From NCBI GenBank assembly GCA_965222605.1, contig OZ244960.1, positions 5,856,001-5,920,000 on the forward strand: a stretch of 64,000 nt of DNA, in the 5' to 3' direction. Source of the DNA: Candidatus Latescibacterota bacterium (lineage in GTDB: Bacteria > Latescibacterota > UBA2968). Positions 9,956-18,397 of the stretch are shown here, one piece after another (position 1 is the stretch's first letter; each line of letters opens with the position of its first letter). The position numbers and the translations under genes were made by a program. The notes beneath the pieces were generated by a model. It was not told where the DNA came from, ran no database searches, and worked only from the letters and a program-made list of their open reading frames with translations.

Positions 9956-10252
9956 GTGATGATGAATAGAGATGAAGTTCTGAATGTGCTCCGAGCGCAC
10001 AAGCCGATTCTTTCGCAACGCTTTGGCGTCACAGAACTCGCCTTGTTTGGGTCCTTTGCCCGCGACCAGGCGACGGACACCAGCGATGTTGATATTTTAG
10101 TGCGGTTCGGCACACCGCTCAATTGGCAACGCTACTTTGGAACGCAAGGCTACCTGGAAGACCTGCTTGGTCGGCCAGTAGATTTGGCAACTGACCAGGA
10201 TCTGCGCGTCGAGATACGGCCCTACGTAGAACGGGAGGTGATCGATGTCTAA
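9956..10252 (+). CDS. Minimal nucleotidyltransferase (MNT antitoxin)
   Basis: LFGSFARDQATDTSDVDILV (GSx10DxD), LEDLLGRPVDL. Confidence 0.9.
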   Translation: MMMNRDEVLNVLRAHKPILSQRFGVTELALFGSFARDQATDTSDVDILVRFGTPLNWQRYFGTQGYLEDLLGRPVDLATDQDLRVEIRPYVEREVIDV

Positions 10253-10298
10253 TGCCGAGCAGGGACCACGAGAGTGGCGCTTGTATGTGGGGCTATAA
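10245..10298 (+). pseudogene. Truncated HEPN (DUF86) toxin, 17-codon remnant
   Basis: ATG overlapping the MNT end behind GGAGG; MSNAEQGPREWRLYV matches the R-[DE]-W-R-L-Y start of DUF86 proteins, then stops. Confidence 0.7.
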
Positions 10299-10314
10299 GC
10301 TAAATGGACATGGG

Positions 10315-10343
10315 TTGACAAATGGAGACTTATACTCTATTCT
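10315..10343 (+). promoter_or_regulatory. Sigma70-type promoter of the membrane-protein cassette
   Basis: TTGACA(10315)-N17-TATTCT(10338). Confidence 0.5.
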
Positions 10344-10405
10344 ATAATACTTTGTCAATATCAGAAAGGATAAGCCAGATACCAGAAGGATCTTTAGCGA
10401 ATTTA

Positions 10406-10810
10406 ATGGCAAATATCAAAGTCAAGTGGCTCATATATACTGTGCTCGTGGGTGTCATACCTGCTCTCTTGCGAATATTGATATGGCTTATCTCACAGGA
10501 CAGAACGATGGATATCTTCAACGCCTCAGACTTCGTGGCGTTTGGATTGATCTTACATATATCCAATATCAATGAAATAGAGCATTTCAATGATCACGAA
10601 AAATCTTGGAAAACAATTCAAAACGGGATCTCAATTGGTTTTATATCACTCTATAGTGTCTTATTCACGGCTTACTTATTGGGACAATCTAACCCTGGAT
10701 TGATCAGGGGTGAGACCATAAAATATATTTCTATGGTCTCCAGTCTTGTGTCGTTTCTCTTGAGTTTCTCCGTATATAATAGAGTATCGAAACTGGTTGA
10801 GGAGGAATAA
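10406..10810 (+). CDS. Hypothetical membrane protein, about 4 TM helices
   Basis: Four hydrophobic segments, AT-rich codons; start taken at ATG 10406 because ATG 10322 lies inside the promoter. Confidence 0.7.
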   Translation: MANIKVKWLIYTVLVGVIPALLRILIWLISQDRTMDIFNASDFVAFGLILHISNINEIEHFNDHEKSWKTIQNGISIGFISLYSVLFTAYLLGQSNPGLIRGETIKYISMVSSLVSFLLSFSVYNRVSKLVEEE

Positions 10811-10811
10811 A

Positions 10812-10928
10812 ATGTTTGAAACTATCCTTATCATAGTCTCAATTTTGGTTGCAATAATGGGTGTTGGTGTGGCGACCTGGTCTATTATGGACACGAGAAA
10901 ACGGTTGAACGATAAATCTGAGGGATAG
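10812..10928 (+). CDS. 38-aa single-TM peptide
   Basis: GGAGG RBS, ATG 1 nt after the upstream stop; MFETILIIVSILVAIMGVGVATWSIMDTRKRLNDKSEG. Confidence 0.65.
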   Translation: MFETILIIVSILVAIMGVGVATWSIMDTRKRLNDKSEG

Positions 10929-10967
10929 ACCACAGGTGCTGAAAAGCCCAATTTTTGATTCATAACC

Positions 10968-11047
10968 GCCCCTTGGCAGTACGTCTTGCTCCTCTCGCAC
11001 AGCGAGGGTAATCATGAGTGAGACCGATCCCCTGGGGCTTTTTTTTC
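10968..11047 (+). ncRNA. Candidate structured RNA/attenuator ending in a U-tract
   Basis: Three nested stems (GCCCC/GGGGC, GTCTTGCTC/GAGTGAGAC, CTCTCGC/GCGAGGG) followed by a T run. Confidence 0.5.
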
Positions 11048-11062
11048 GGAGGCTTGAGTTAA

Positions 11063-11245
11063 ATGGCTCGAAGGACGCGCGCTAGATCCCCAAAGACTGT
11101 CGATACTATCCGACACTCGGACGCATCGCGAAAGAACATCCCCATAGCCGAGTATCAGGCTGTAATGGCGGACCATGAGCGAAGTCCCATTCAGGTCGCG
11201 TATGAGCGGCGTAATCAGAGAGAGACCAATGAAGACGACCATTGA
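11063..11245 (+). pseudogene. Truncated diverged copy of the mod 5' end
   Basis: PKTVDTIRHSDASRKNIPIAEYQAVMADHERSPIQVAYERRN versus PKTVEALRHKDASRKNIPTVEYQAVMADDERSPIQVAYKRRN at 11682; similarity ends near 11215. Confidence 0.9.
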
Positions 11246-11474
11246 CATCCACGACGAGTTGCTGACCCGAGCGATACGGTACGCGAAAAACACCGGGCGC
11301 CCATTACATGCCGTAGTAGAAGAGGGCCTGCGCCAAGTGCTTCCCGCGTCGCCCGGTAGCCGCTACCGCCTACCCGACCTGAGCGAAGGGAAGGCTGGTG
11401 CGGACGACCCGCTGGCAGAGTACTCATGGCAGGAGTTGTGCAGAATAATCTACGAAGAACCGGAGGAGCAATGA
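11229..11474 (+). CDS. VapB-like (DUF2191-like) antitoxin
   Basis: MKTTIDIHDELLTRA...VVEEGLR ribbon-helix-helix pattern; ATGA overlap with the next ORF. Confidence 0.8.
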   Translation: MKTTIDIHDELLTRAIRYAKNTGRPLHAVVEEGLRQVLPASPGSRYRLPDLSEGKAGADDPLAEYSWQELCRIIYEEPEEQ

Positions 11475-11659
11475 TCGCCATATTGAAGGACTTTATATGT
11501 CGTCCAGGGGTGAGTGGGGGCGTTATACATGATGCCCGAGTTGCTGCCATTTGCGTCGCCCACGGTATTGATGCACTGCTCACCCGAGATCGCGATTTCT
11601 CATTGTTTCCGGAGTTGAAAACACGCAATCCGTTCGAGCCGCCAGCAGGCAGTGGTTAG
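11471..11659 (+). pseudogene. VapC toxin with in-frame internal deletion
   Basis: MIAI fused directly to LKDF...IHDARVAAICVAHG...LLTRDRDFSLFPEL; the N-terminal catalytic DTN motif and the middle are missing. Confidence 0.8.
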
Positions 11660-11681
11660 AATATTCTGGAGGATATGAACG

Positions 11682-14651
11682 ATGCCCAGATCAAAACGCA
11701 TACCCAAGACCGTGGAAGCCCTGCGGCACAAGGACGCATCACGAAAGAATATCCCCACAGTCGAATATCAGGCTGTGATGGCGGACGATGAGCGAAGCCC
11801 CATCCAGGTTGCGTACAAACGCCGCAACCGCGACCTCGATCCCCAATTGGTATGGCGTGGCAAGGATGAACAGGATTGGTCAGATTTGGTGGTACAGGCG
11901 CCGCCTCTGTACATTCAAGAGAAGGTTCACCCCAAGGTGCTGATCGACGATTTGATGCGCCAGAGCGAGGAAGACGTTGCGAGTGAGTCGGGCTTCCAGA
12001 CCGATCTCTTCGCCGATTTCAATGGCCTGCCTTCAGAGGATGCTAAGACCGAGTTCTATCAGCACGACGCCAACTGGTCGAACCGCATGATCCTCGGCGA
12101 TAGCTTGCAGGTGATGGCATCGCTGGCTGAGCGCGAAGGACTGCGCGGCAAGGTGCAGTGCATATACATTGACCCGCCTTATGGGATTAAGTTCAATTCT
12201 AATTTCCAGTGGTCAACCACCAGCCGAACCGTGCGAGACGGCAAAGCCGAGCACATTACCCGAGAGCCGGAGCAAGTGAAGGCGTTTCGGGATACATGGC
12301 GGGATGGGATTCATTCGTATTTGACATATCTGCGGGATCGGCTGGCTGTGGCGCGGGATTTGTTGACGGAGAGTGGTTCTGTATTTGTACAGATTGGGGA
12401 CGAGAATGTACATCGGGTGCGGGCGGTGATGGATGAGGTGTTTGGGGAGGAGAATTTTGTTGCAGGAATAGTAATCACTAAAACGACCAGCGCAACTTCT
12501 CTTTATATGGCTGGAATTTGCGACTATATCCTTTGGACTGCGAAGAATTACAAAGCGTTGAAATATCGCCAGCCATTCCGCGAAAAAAGGGCAGGCGAAG
12601 CAGGAGCTGCTTTATACAACCGCATTCAAAGTGCCGATGGGGGAACCGTTCGCGCCTTGTCCAAAGGTGAAGACTACGAGCGAGATTTTTCAAATGAAGG
12701 TTGGTTTCTCGTAACATCTGACAATTTTTTGTCACAGTCTGGGGGACGGACCACACAGCAGCCGTTTTTATTTCAAGGAGAAGTGTATAGACCATCAAGC
12801 GGAGGGTGGAAAACAAACTCGGAAGGAATAAAGCGTCTAATTGCAGCGTCTCGTATAACTAAAGGTGGACGAGCACCGCGATATATCCGCCGCATTAAGG
12901 ATTTTCCCGTATCTCCTGTTGCAAATGTTTGGGATGATATGTTGACAGGAAGTTTTACTGAAGAAAAGAGATATGTAGTACAGACTGCGGAGAAGATTGT
13001 CCAACGCTGTATTCTCATGGCCACCGACCCCAGCGACCTCGTTCTCGATCCAACTTGTGGCTCTGGCACAACCGCGCATGTCGCCGAACAGTGGGGACGC
13101 CGCTGGATCACGATTGATACCTCTCGTGTCGCGCTGGCGCTGGCTCGTGCCCGCATCATGGGCGCACGTTATCCCTATTACCTGCTTTCCGATAGTCGTG
13201 AGGGGCAGTTGAAAGAGGCAGAGATCGAGCGCAGAGTCCCCTCAGATGCGCCCACCTATAACAACATCCGCCAGGGCTTCGTGTACGAGCGCGTGCCTCA
13301 CATCATGCTTAAGGACATCGCCAATAACGCTGAGATTGACGTGATTTGGGAGGACTTTCAGAAAAAGTTAGAACCGTTGCGTGAGAAATTAAACAGCATA
13401 CTCGGCAAGGCATGGGAGGAGTGGGAGATTCCGCGCGAGGCGGGCGATCCCTGGCCTGAGCCAGCGGCGAAGGCGTTGCACAGGATTCAGCAGGCAAAGA
13501 CCAACAGCACAAAGGCGAGAGCCTTGACTGCGCTCAACAGCGCACTGAGCCGCGCGTACACTTTAGACGATGTGCCAGACAAGCCCTTTGACCCGTGGAC
13601 GAACGCGGAGGCGATTGAATGCCACCGCCAATGGTGGAAGCAACGAATCGCACGGCAAAAGAAGATTGATGGCTCCATCGCGGCGAAGGCGGACTATGAA
13701 TATCTCTACGACAAGCCCTACGAAGATCGAAATAAGGTGCGCGTTGCTGGTCCGTTCACGGTAGATAGCCTGTCACCACACCGCTTGCTGGCTGTTGATG
13801 AGAACGACGAACTCATCGGTAATATCGCGGAAGCCAGGCTCGGCTATGGAGACAACTTCGATAGAAGTTCAAATCAGGACTTCGCTACCATGATCCTGGA
13901 ACACCTCAAGACCTCTGGCGTCCAGCAGGCGCACAAAGAGGACCGGATCTCGTTCTCTGGGATCAGACCCTGGCCCGGGGATCTCGTCTGCGCCGAAGGG
14001 ACCTATTTTGAGGGTGACGAGGATTCCGGGATCCAAAAGCGCGCTGGCATTTTCATCGGCCCGGAATTTGGCACGGTTGCACGCCCTGATCTCGTGCAAG
14101 CCGCACGCGAGGCTGCAGACGCCGATTTTGATGTTTTGATCGCCTGCGCCTTTAACTATGAAGCCCATGCCTCGGAGTTCAACAAGCTCGGTCGCATTCC
14201 TGTCCTCAAATCACGGATGAATGCCGATCTCCACATGGCCGATGACTTGAAGAATACCGGCAAAGGCAACCTCTTCGTTATCTTTGGCGAACCTGATATT
14301 GATATTCTCGATGCGGATGACGACCAAATCAAGGTTAAGATCAATGGCGTTGATGTGTTTCATCCCAACACTGGTGAAATCCGCAGCGACGACACCGGCG
14401 ATATTGCCTGCTGGTTTGTCGATACCGATTACAACGAGGAGAGTTTCTTCGCCCGTCACGCCTATTTTCTTGGTGCAAATGATCCGTACAAATCCCTCAA
14501 GACCACCCTCAAATCCGAAATCAATCAGGAAGCCTGGGCTACGCTCAAAAGCGATACATCCCGGCCTTTTGACAAACCAAAATCTGGCCGCATCGCTGTG
14601 AAGGTGATCAACCATCTGGGGGATGAGGTGATGAAGGTGTTTCGGGTGTGA
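11682..14651 (+). CDS. mod: Type III R-M Mod subunit (N6-adenine DNA methyltransferase, beta class)
   Basis: YIDPPY (motif IV) precedes VLDPTCGSGTT (motif I); lower-GC target-recognition segment at about 12460-12990. Confidence 0.92.
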   Translation: MPRSKRIPKTVEALRHKDASRKNIPTVEYQAVMADDERSPIQVAYKRRNRDLDPQLVWRGKDEQDWSDLVVQAPPLYIQEKVHPKVLIDDLMRQSEEDVASESGFQTDLFADFNGLPSEDAKTEFYQHDANWSNRMILGDSLQVMASLAEREGLRGKVQCIYIDPPYGIKFNSNFQWSTTSRTVRDGKAEHITREPEQVKAFRDTWRDGIHSYLTYLRDRLAVARDLLTESGSVFVQIGDENVHRVRAVMDEVFGEENFVAGIVITKTTSATSLYMAGICDYILWTAKNYKALKYRQPFREKRAGEAGAALYNRIQSADGGTVRALSKGEDYERDFSNEGWFLVTSDNFLSQSGGRTTQQPFLFQGEVYRPSSGGWKTNSEGIKRLIAASRITKGGRAPRYIRRIKDFPVSPVANVWDDMLTGSFTEEKRYVVQTAEKIVQRCILMATDPSDLVLDPTCGSGTTAHVAEQWGRRWITIDTSRVALALARARIMGARYPYYLLSDSREGQLKEAEIERRVPSDAPTYNNIRQGFVYERVPHIMLKDIANNAEIDVIWEDFQKKLEPLREKLNSILGKAWEEWEIPREAGDPWPEPAAKALHRIQQAKTNSTKARALTALNSALSRAYTLDDVPDKPFDPWTNAEAIECHRQWWKQRIARQKKIDGSIAAKADYEYLYDKPYEDRNKVRVAGPFTVDSLSPHRLLAVDENDELIGNIAEARLGYGDNFDRSSNQDFATMILEHLKTSGVQQAHKEDRISFSGIRPWPGDLVCAEGTYFEGDEDSGIQKRAGIFIGPEFGTVARPDLVQAAREAADADFDVLIACAFNYEAHASEFNKLGRIPVLKSRMNADLHMADDLKNTGKGNLFVIFGEPDIDILDADDDQIKVKINGVDVFHPNTGEIRSDDTGDIACWFVDTDYNEESFFARHAYFLGANDPYKSLKTTLKSEINQEAWATLKSDTSRPFDKPKSGRIAVKVINHLGDEVMKVFRV

Positions 14652-14657
14652 GACGGG

Positions 14658-14679
14658 GTACAACTGCGACAGCAGTTCA
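14658..14679 (+). repeat. GTACAACTG-N-CAGTTCA repeat, short copy
   Basis: GTACAACTGCGACAGCAGTTCA; reverse complement is nearly identical to 21463-21484. Confidence 0.7.
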
Positions 14680-14709
14680 CTGGCTTGTCCCTAAAACGGG
14701 AGATATGTC

Positions 14710-15699
14710 ATGGCTAACGCAGAGCAACTCAAAGCATTGCTGAAGTCGCACATGGAAGGCGACGACGACCGCTTTTTCTCGGTCGCTATGCAGGTTGCCG
14801 CCCACGAAGCGAAACTGGGCCACGGCAAACTCGCGAAAGAAATGCGGACCATGATTGACGAAGCCAAGGGTCGTCGTGGCGTGGATTCGCTGGTGCCGAT
14901 TGGTCGTCCGTCTGGTGAGTTGGCGAACTTATTGGAAGCCTCTTATCCAAAGACTCGGCTGAGTGATATGGTTCTGGATGATGCTCTCGCCGAGCAGATC
15001 AAGCGCGTCATTCGAGAGCAACGTCATGCTGGGCGGATTGTGGAGCATGGCCTTTCACCCAGGCGCAAGTTGCTGCTGACAGGCCCTCCTGGTACGGGTA
15101 AGACGCTAACCGCGTCTGTCCTTGCCGGCGAACTCGGTCTTCCTCTTTTTCAAGTCCGTCTCGATGGCCTTATCACCAAGTACATGGGGGAAACTGCGGC
15201 CAAGCTGAGGCAGATATTCGATGCTACCAGCCGAACCCGGGGGATTTATTTTTTTGATGAGTTCGACGCTATCGGTTCGCAGTGCGGACCCACCAATGAT
15301 GTGGGCGAGATTCGTCGAGTGTTGAACAGCTTTTTGCAGATGATTGAGCAGGATCGTTCTCATAGCCTTGTTGTAGCGGCGACGAATCATCTCGGAATAC
15401 TTGACCATGCGCTCTTCCGCCGATTCGACGATATTTTACACTACGACCTGCCCGATAAGTCACAGATCGCGAAGCTTTTGAAAACCCGCCTCGCGGGAAA
15501 TGCCGCCAAGAGGATCCGGTGGGAGAGTTTGGCCGACCTCGCTATGGGATTGAGCTACGCGGAAGTTACCCGCGCTGCAAATGAAGCCTTGAAGGACGCA
15601 CTGATCCATGATTGCGCCCGGGTTCGTTTAGCGGACATCAGGACAATGCTCACCGAACGCAAAAGCGTCGCTGAGAGACTGAAAAATAAAAGCGAATAA
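14710..15699 (+). CDS. ietA: AAA+ ATPase, IetA-like
   Basis: GPPGTGKT, FFDEFD, AATNH, ALFRRFD; directly upstream of an S8-peptidase gene remnant. Confidence 0.82.
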   Translation: MANAEQLKALLKSHMEGDDDRFFSVAMQVAAHEAKLGHGKLAKEMRTMIDEAKGRRGVDSLVPIGRPSGELANLLEASYPKTRLSDMVLDDALAEQIKRVIREQRHAGRIVEHGLSPRRKLLLTGPPGTGKTLTASVLAGELGLPLFQVRLDGLITKYMGETAAKLRQIFDATSRTRGIYFFDEFDAIGSQCGPTNDVGEIRRVLNSFLQMIEQDRSHSLVVAATNHLGILDHALFRRFDDILHYDLPDKSQIAKLLKTRLAGNAAKRIRWESLADLAMGLSYAEVTRAANEALKDALIHDCARVRLADIRTMLTERKSVAERLKNKSE

Positions 15700-15719
15700 T
15701 GGAAGGAGTATAGCTGCAA

Positions 15720-16318
15720 ATGGCGGAGGGAACCGAAGGACGAAATCGGCATTTTATACTGGAAGGTTTTACATCTACAGAGGCATATCGTTCTACGCAG
15801 CAAGGCGGAAGGCGTTCAAATGTGCCAGGGCGTGACCAGGTTAGACATGGCAGAGTGTTACAACGCCAGATTTATAAACTTCGGGAGGAGGCAGACTCGA
15901 CTCGAAAAACTCAGCAGGATGCAGGAATTGAGGAAGGGTTGGGGCTTCAGGTTGAGTTTGAGAGTTTCCCTGATGTCGAATTGGCCTTTGAGAGCCTGGC
16001 GCGAGAGCGTTCTGGGATTGAACTGCTGAATGTTCGTCATGAAGAAAACCGAACTCTCGCCACCGTCTTTGTGCCCGATGGCAAGCTGGAGATATTTGAA
16101 AATCTGGTCAGGGCATACCTCGACGAGTCTAAGAATACGAAGACTGGACCAAAGTATCACAGATTGCTGAATGCAATTTCTGCGATCAGGGCGGCAAGCC
16201 TCCAAGCACTTTGGACAGATGCTAATGAAGAATTTTCCGATGCTGAAGAAGGATCTCTTTGGTGAGAAGTGTGGTTGCCTGTCCGGGGAGATCGACAGGC
16301 AGTGGTCAATGCGTTTCT
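15720..16318 (+). pseudogene. ietS: IetS-like S8 peptidase, N-terminal fragment
   Basis: Typical N-terminal region (GIELLNVR...ATVFVPDGKL...ASLQALWTD); TGA at 16263 interrupts the W-W-E-V-W-L motif, and similarity ends near 16318. Confidence 0.75.
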
Positions 16319-16408
16319 TCTGGGGATTATGTAGGATAGTGCCGAAACCTAAGACATTGTTAAACGACAAATTGTCGTTTTTGATTTGCGAAATAGTCCT
16401 TTAACACA

Positions 16409-16451
16409 CAAAGCCGTACTTCCGTTAGATTTTAACGGAAGTACGGCTTTG
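16409..16451. terminator. Perfect 19-bp hairpin inside the insert (insulating terminator or protein-binding site)
   Basis: CAAAGCCGTACTTCCGTTA-gattt-TAACGGAAGTACGGCTTTG. Confidence 0.65.
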
Positions 16452-16652
16452 CTCGCATATATCTCATCAGCTTATTTGCTCTGTTAAAGTTTAACATCTG
16501 CTGGCTACTCGCGGGGCAGGCGCATGAAACCATCAAAAGCACTGGAGCGTCTGTACTGTTACAGTGCTTTTTGGGTTGACAAAGATTTGGCTTCCTTTAT
16601 ATTTTTGGTAATTTTCCCCAGAGAAACATTTTAATATAAAGGGAAAAAAGCC

Positions 16653-17054
16653 TTGAATGCTCACAATATTGAACCGGAAGGCTATGGTGTCTATGAGTCC
16701 GACAGATTTTGTTCACGTTTAAATAAATATCTAAAAAACCACCCCCGCGAAATGAGCAATATCAGAAATACCATTCACCGCACAATCGCCATACATGAAA
16801 GATCGAACAAATCAATCCATCAAATTGCCGCTGGCATCGGCCCTGTTAAATGTGAATTTGCAGATGTCTTTAGGGTCTCCGAACAAGGAAAAGGTGCCGG
16901 ATTAACGCCAATCCGACTGTATTTTTGTGTCAACAAAACAGAAAAGGTCCTTTACCTACTGGCCCTCGGCCCAAAGCTACCTCGTAGCCAGCAACAAGAC
17001 GACATAAACTATTGCAAAAAAGAAAGGAACATAATAAACAGTGAACAAAAATAA
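16653..17054 (+). CDS. Divergent RelE/HigB-like toxin candidate
   Basis: C-terminal IRLYF...LYLLALGPK...QQDDI pattern of HigB/Gp49-type toxins; TTGACA(16576)-N16-TATATT promoter upstream; precedes an HTH gene. Confidence 0.6.
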   Translation: MNAHNIEPEGYGVYESDRFCSRLNKYLKNHPREMSNIRNTIHRTIAIHERSNKSIHQIAAGIGPVKCEFADVFRVSEQGKGAGLTPIRLYFCVNKTEKVLYLLALGPKLPRSQQQDDINYCKKERNIINSEQK

Positions 17055-17081
17055 AGAAGCAAAAAATAAGGGAGTAACTTA

Positions 17082-17666
17082 ATGGTTGATTATGCGACTT
17101 TCCAAGAGAAATGGGACAAAATTGCAGGCAAAGAGGCTACCAATGATTTTGCCCGCTGGAAGAATTGCTCTGGGGTTACAATGGAGTTGCAGATTCTCCG
17201 AATTGAGTCAGGTTTCTCAGAAAAAACTATTGCTGACCGTCTTGGGTGGACACCAGAGCAGGTTTTTGACTTTGAAATGGCAGAAATTCAAGATGTTCAT
17301 TTTAACGACATGTGGGCATATTTAAATGCTATTGGATTTAAAATGGGCATTAGGTTTATGGAAAAGGAGATGAGCATTGAGGAGGACCTTGAATTTTACG
17401 CTTCTAACATCTACGAATTGCTCAAAAAACTTGTGGAGCAAGCTGGCAATGATCCCCAGCTAACCGAGGAAGCTGTAAAGTCAATTTACAAACACAGCCA
17501 TCAGAGTATGAGCGGAATGCTTGTAAAGTTGATTCCCATGTTTCAAAATCAAAATGCCGTTATGGAGACATTGGAAGAAATTTTACCCCCCCAATTCAGA
17601 CCTTCTCGCAATCTCAACGAGATCGGCGAAAAACCTCAAGATTATCGGGAGGTTGTCGCAAGATAA
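17082..17666 (+). CDS. XRE-family HTH protein (HigA-like) with extended helical C-terminus
   Basis: LQILRIESGFSEKTIADRLGWTPEQVFDFE HTH; GGGAG RBS. Confidence 0.65.
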   Translation: MVDYATFQEKWDKIAGKEATNDFARWKNCSGVTMELQILRIESGFSEKTIADRLGWTPEQVFDFEMAEIQDVHFNDMWAYLNAIGFKMGIRFMEKEMSIEEDLEFYASNIYELLKKLVEQAGNDPQLTEEAVKSIYKHSHQSMSGMLVKLIPMFQNQNAVMETLEEILPPQFRPSRNLNEIGEKPQDYREVVAR

Positions 17667-17689
17667 AATGATATAAAACGCTTGCTTTC

Positions 17690-17736
17690 AGGGGATTATA
17701 GTGTTATTTTGTTCACTATAATCCCCTTATTTTTTT
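17690..17736 (+). terminator. Intrinsic terminator of the inserted gene pair
   Basis: 14-bp stem AGGGGATTATAGTG/CACTATAATCCCCT followed by a T run. Confidence 0.8.
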
Positions 17737-17874
17737 GCGGTTTGTAAAGGGCAAAAAAAGTGGAGTTTTACGTGGTCGCGCAAACCTCCTTGGTCGGCTT
17801 CCTTCCTCACCAAAGAAGAACACATCAAAGCTCTCGCTTTTTGTGATTGAAGCCATTAAAAATATAACAGGTGC

Positions 17875-18396
17875 TTACACCGAGATCTGCCCTGGCCACG
17901 CGGTGTTCTGGAAGATTTGGGAGAAACGCCAGTTGAGATGCGAGTCACGCTCTCCTATTTTATTGAGCCAAACCCATCACGCCGAGGCGACCGTTCTCGC
18001 TATCGGTATGAGTCTCACGGTCTCCGTTTCGACGTAAAACGTCCACCCGAATCGATAGACGATTTTCGGAGACGGATCAACCTGGCAGCAAGAGACGAGG
18101 GGAGAGGGACTCACCATAGTAGCGGTGATCCGTCCTGGCTGATCGGATCGCAGGGGCGCCACAGAGGATCGTTGCACAGCGACATTTGGCGCGGAACTGC
18201 AGCGGATCTTGCCAGCCGGGGAAATATCGCCGTCTATCCTGCCACCGGTTGGTGGAAGACGCGGCACTCGCTGGAAAAATACGATCAAGTAGCCCGATAC
18301 GCCCTGATCGTCAGTATTAAGGCACCAGAGGTCGATGTGGACCTGTACACTGAGATCGAGAACCTGATCACGACACCGGTTAAAGTCGAGTTCTGA
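17875..18396 (+). pseudogene. ietS: IetS-like S8 peptidase, C-terminal fragment
   Basis: LHRDLPWP...VEMRVTLSYFIEPNPSRRG...YESHGLRF...RGSLHSDIW...YPATGWW...YALIVSI; no catalytic D/H/S region in either fragment. Confidence 0.78.
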
Positions 18397-18397
18397 G

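Noticed and set aside
16263-16265. TGA as recoded Trp or selenocysteine in ietS
   Set aside because: TGA serves as a normal stop in many genes here and the gene is independently disrupted; a TGG-to-TGA mutation is simpler.
17760-17850. Possible IS630-like transposase remnant at the right side of the ietS insert
   Set aside because: Only a weak, frameshifted resemblance (ASFLTKEEHIKALAF); too short to support without a search.
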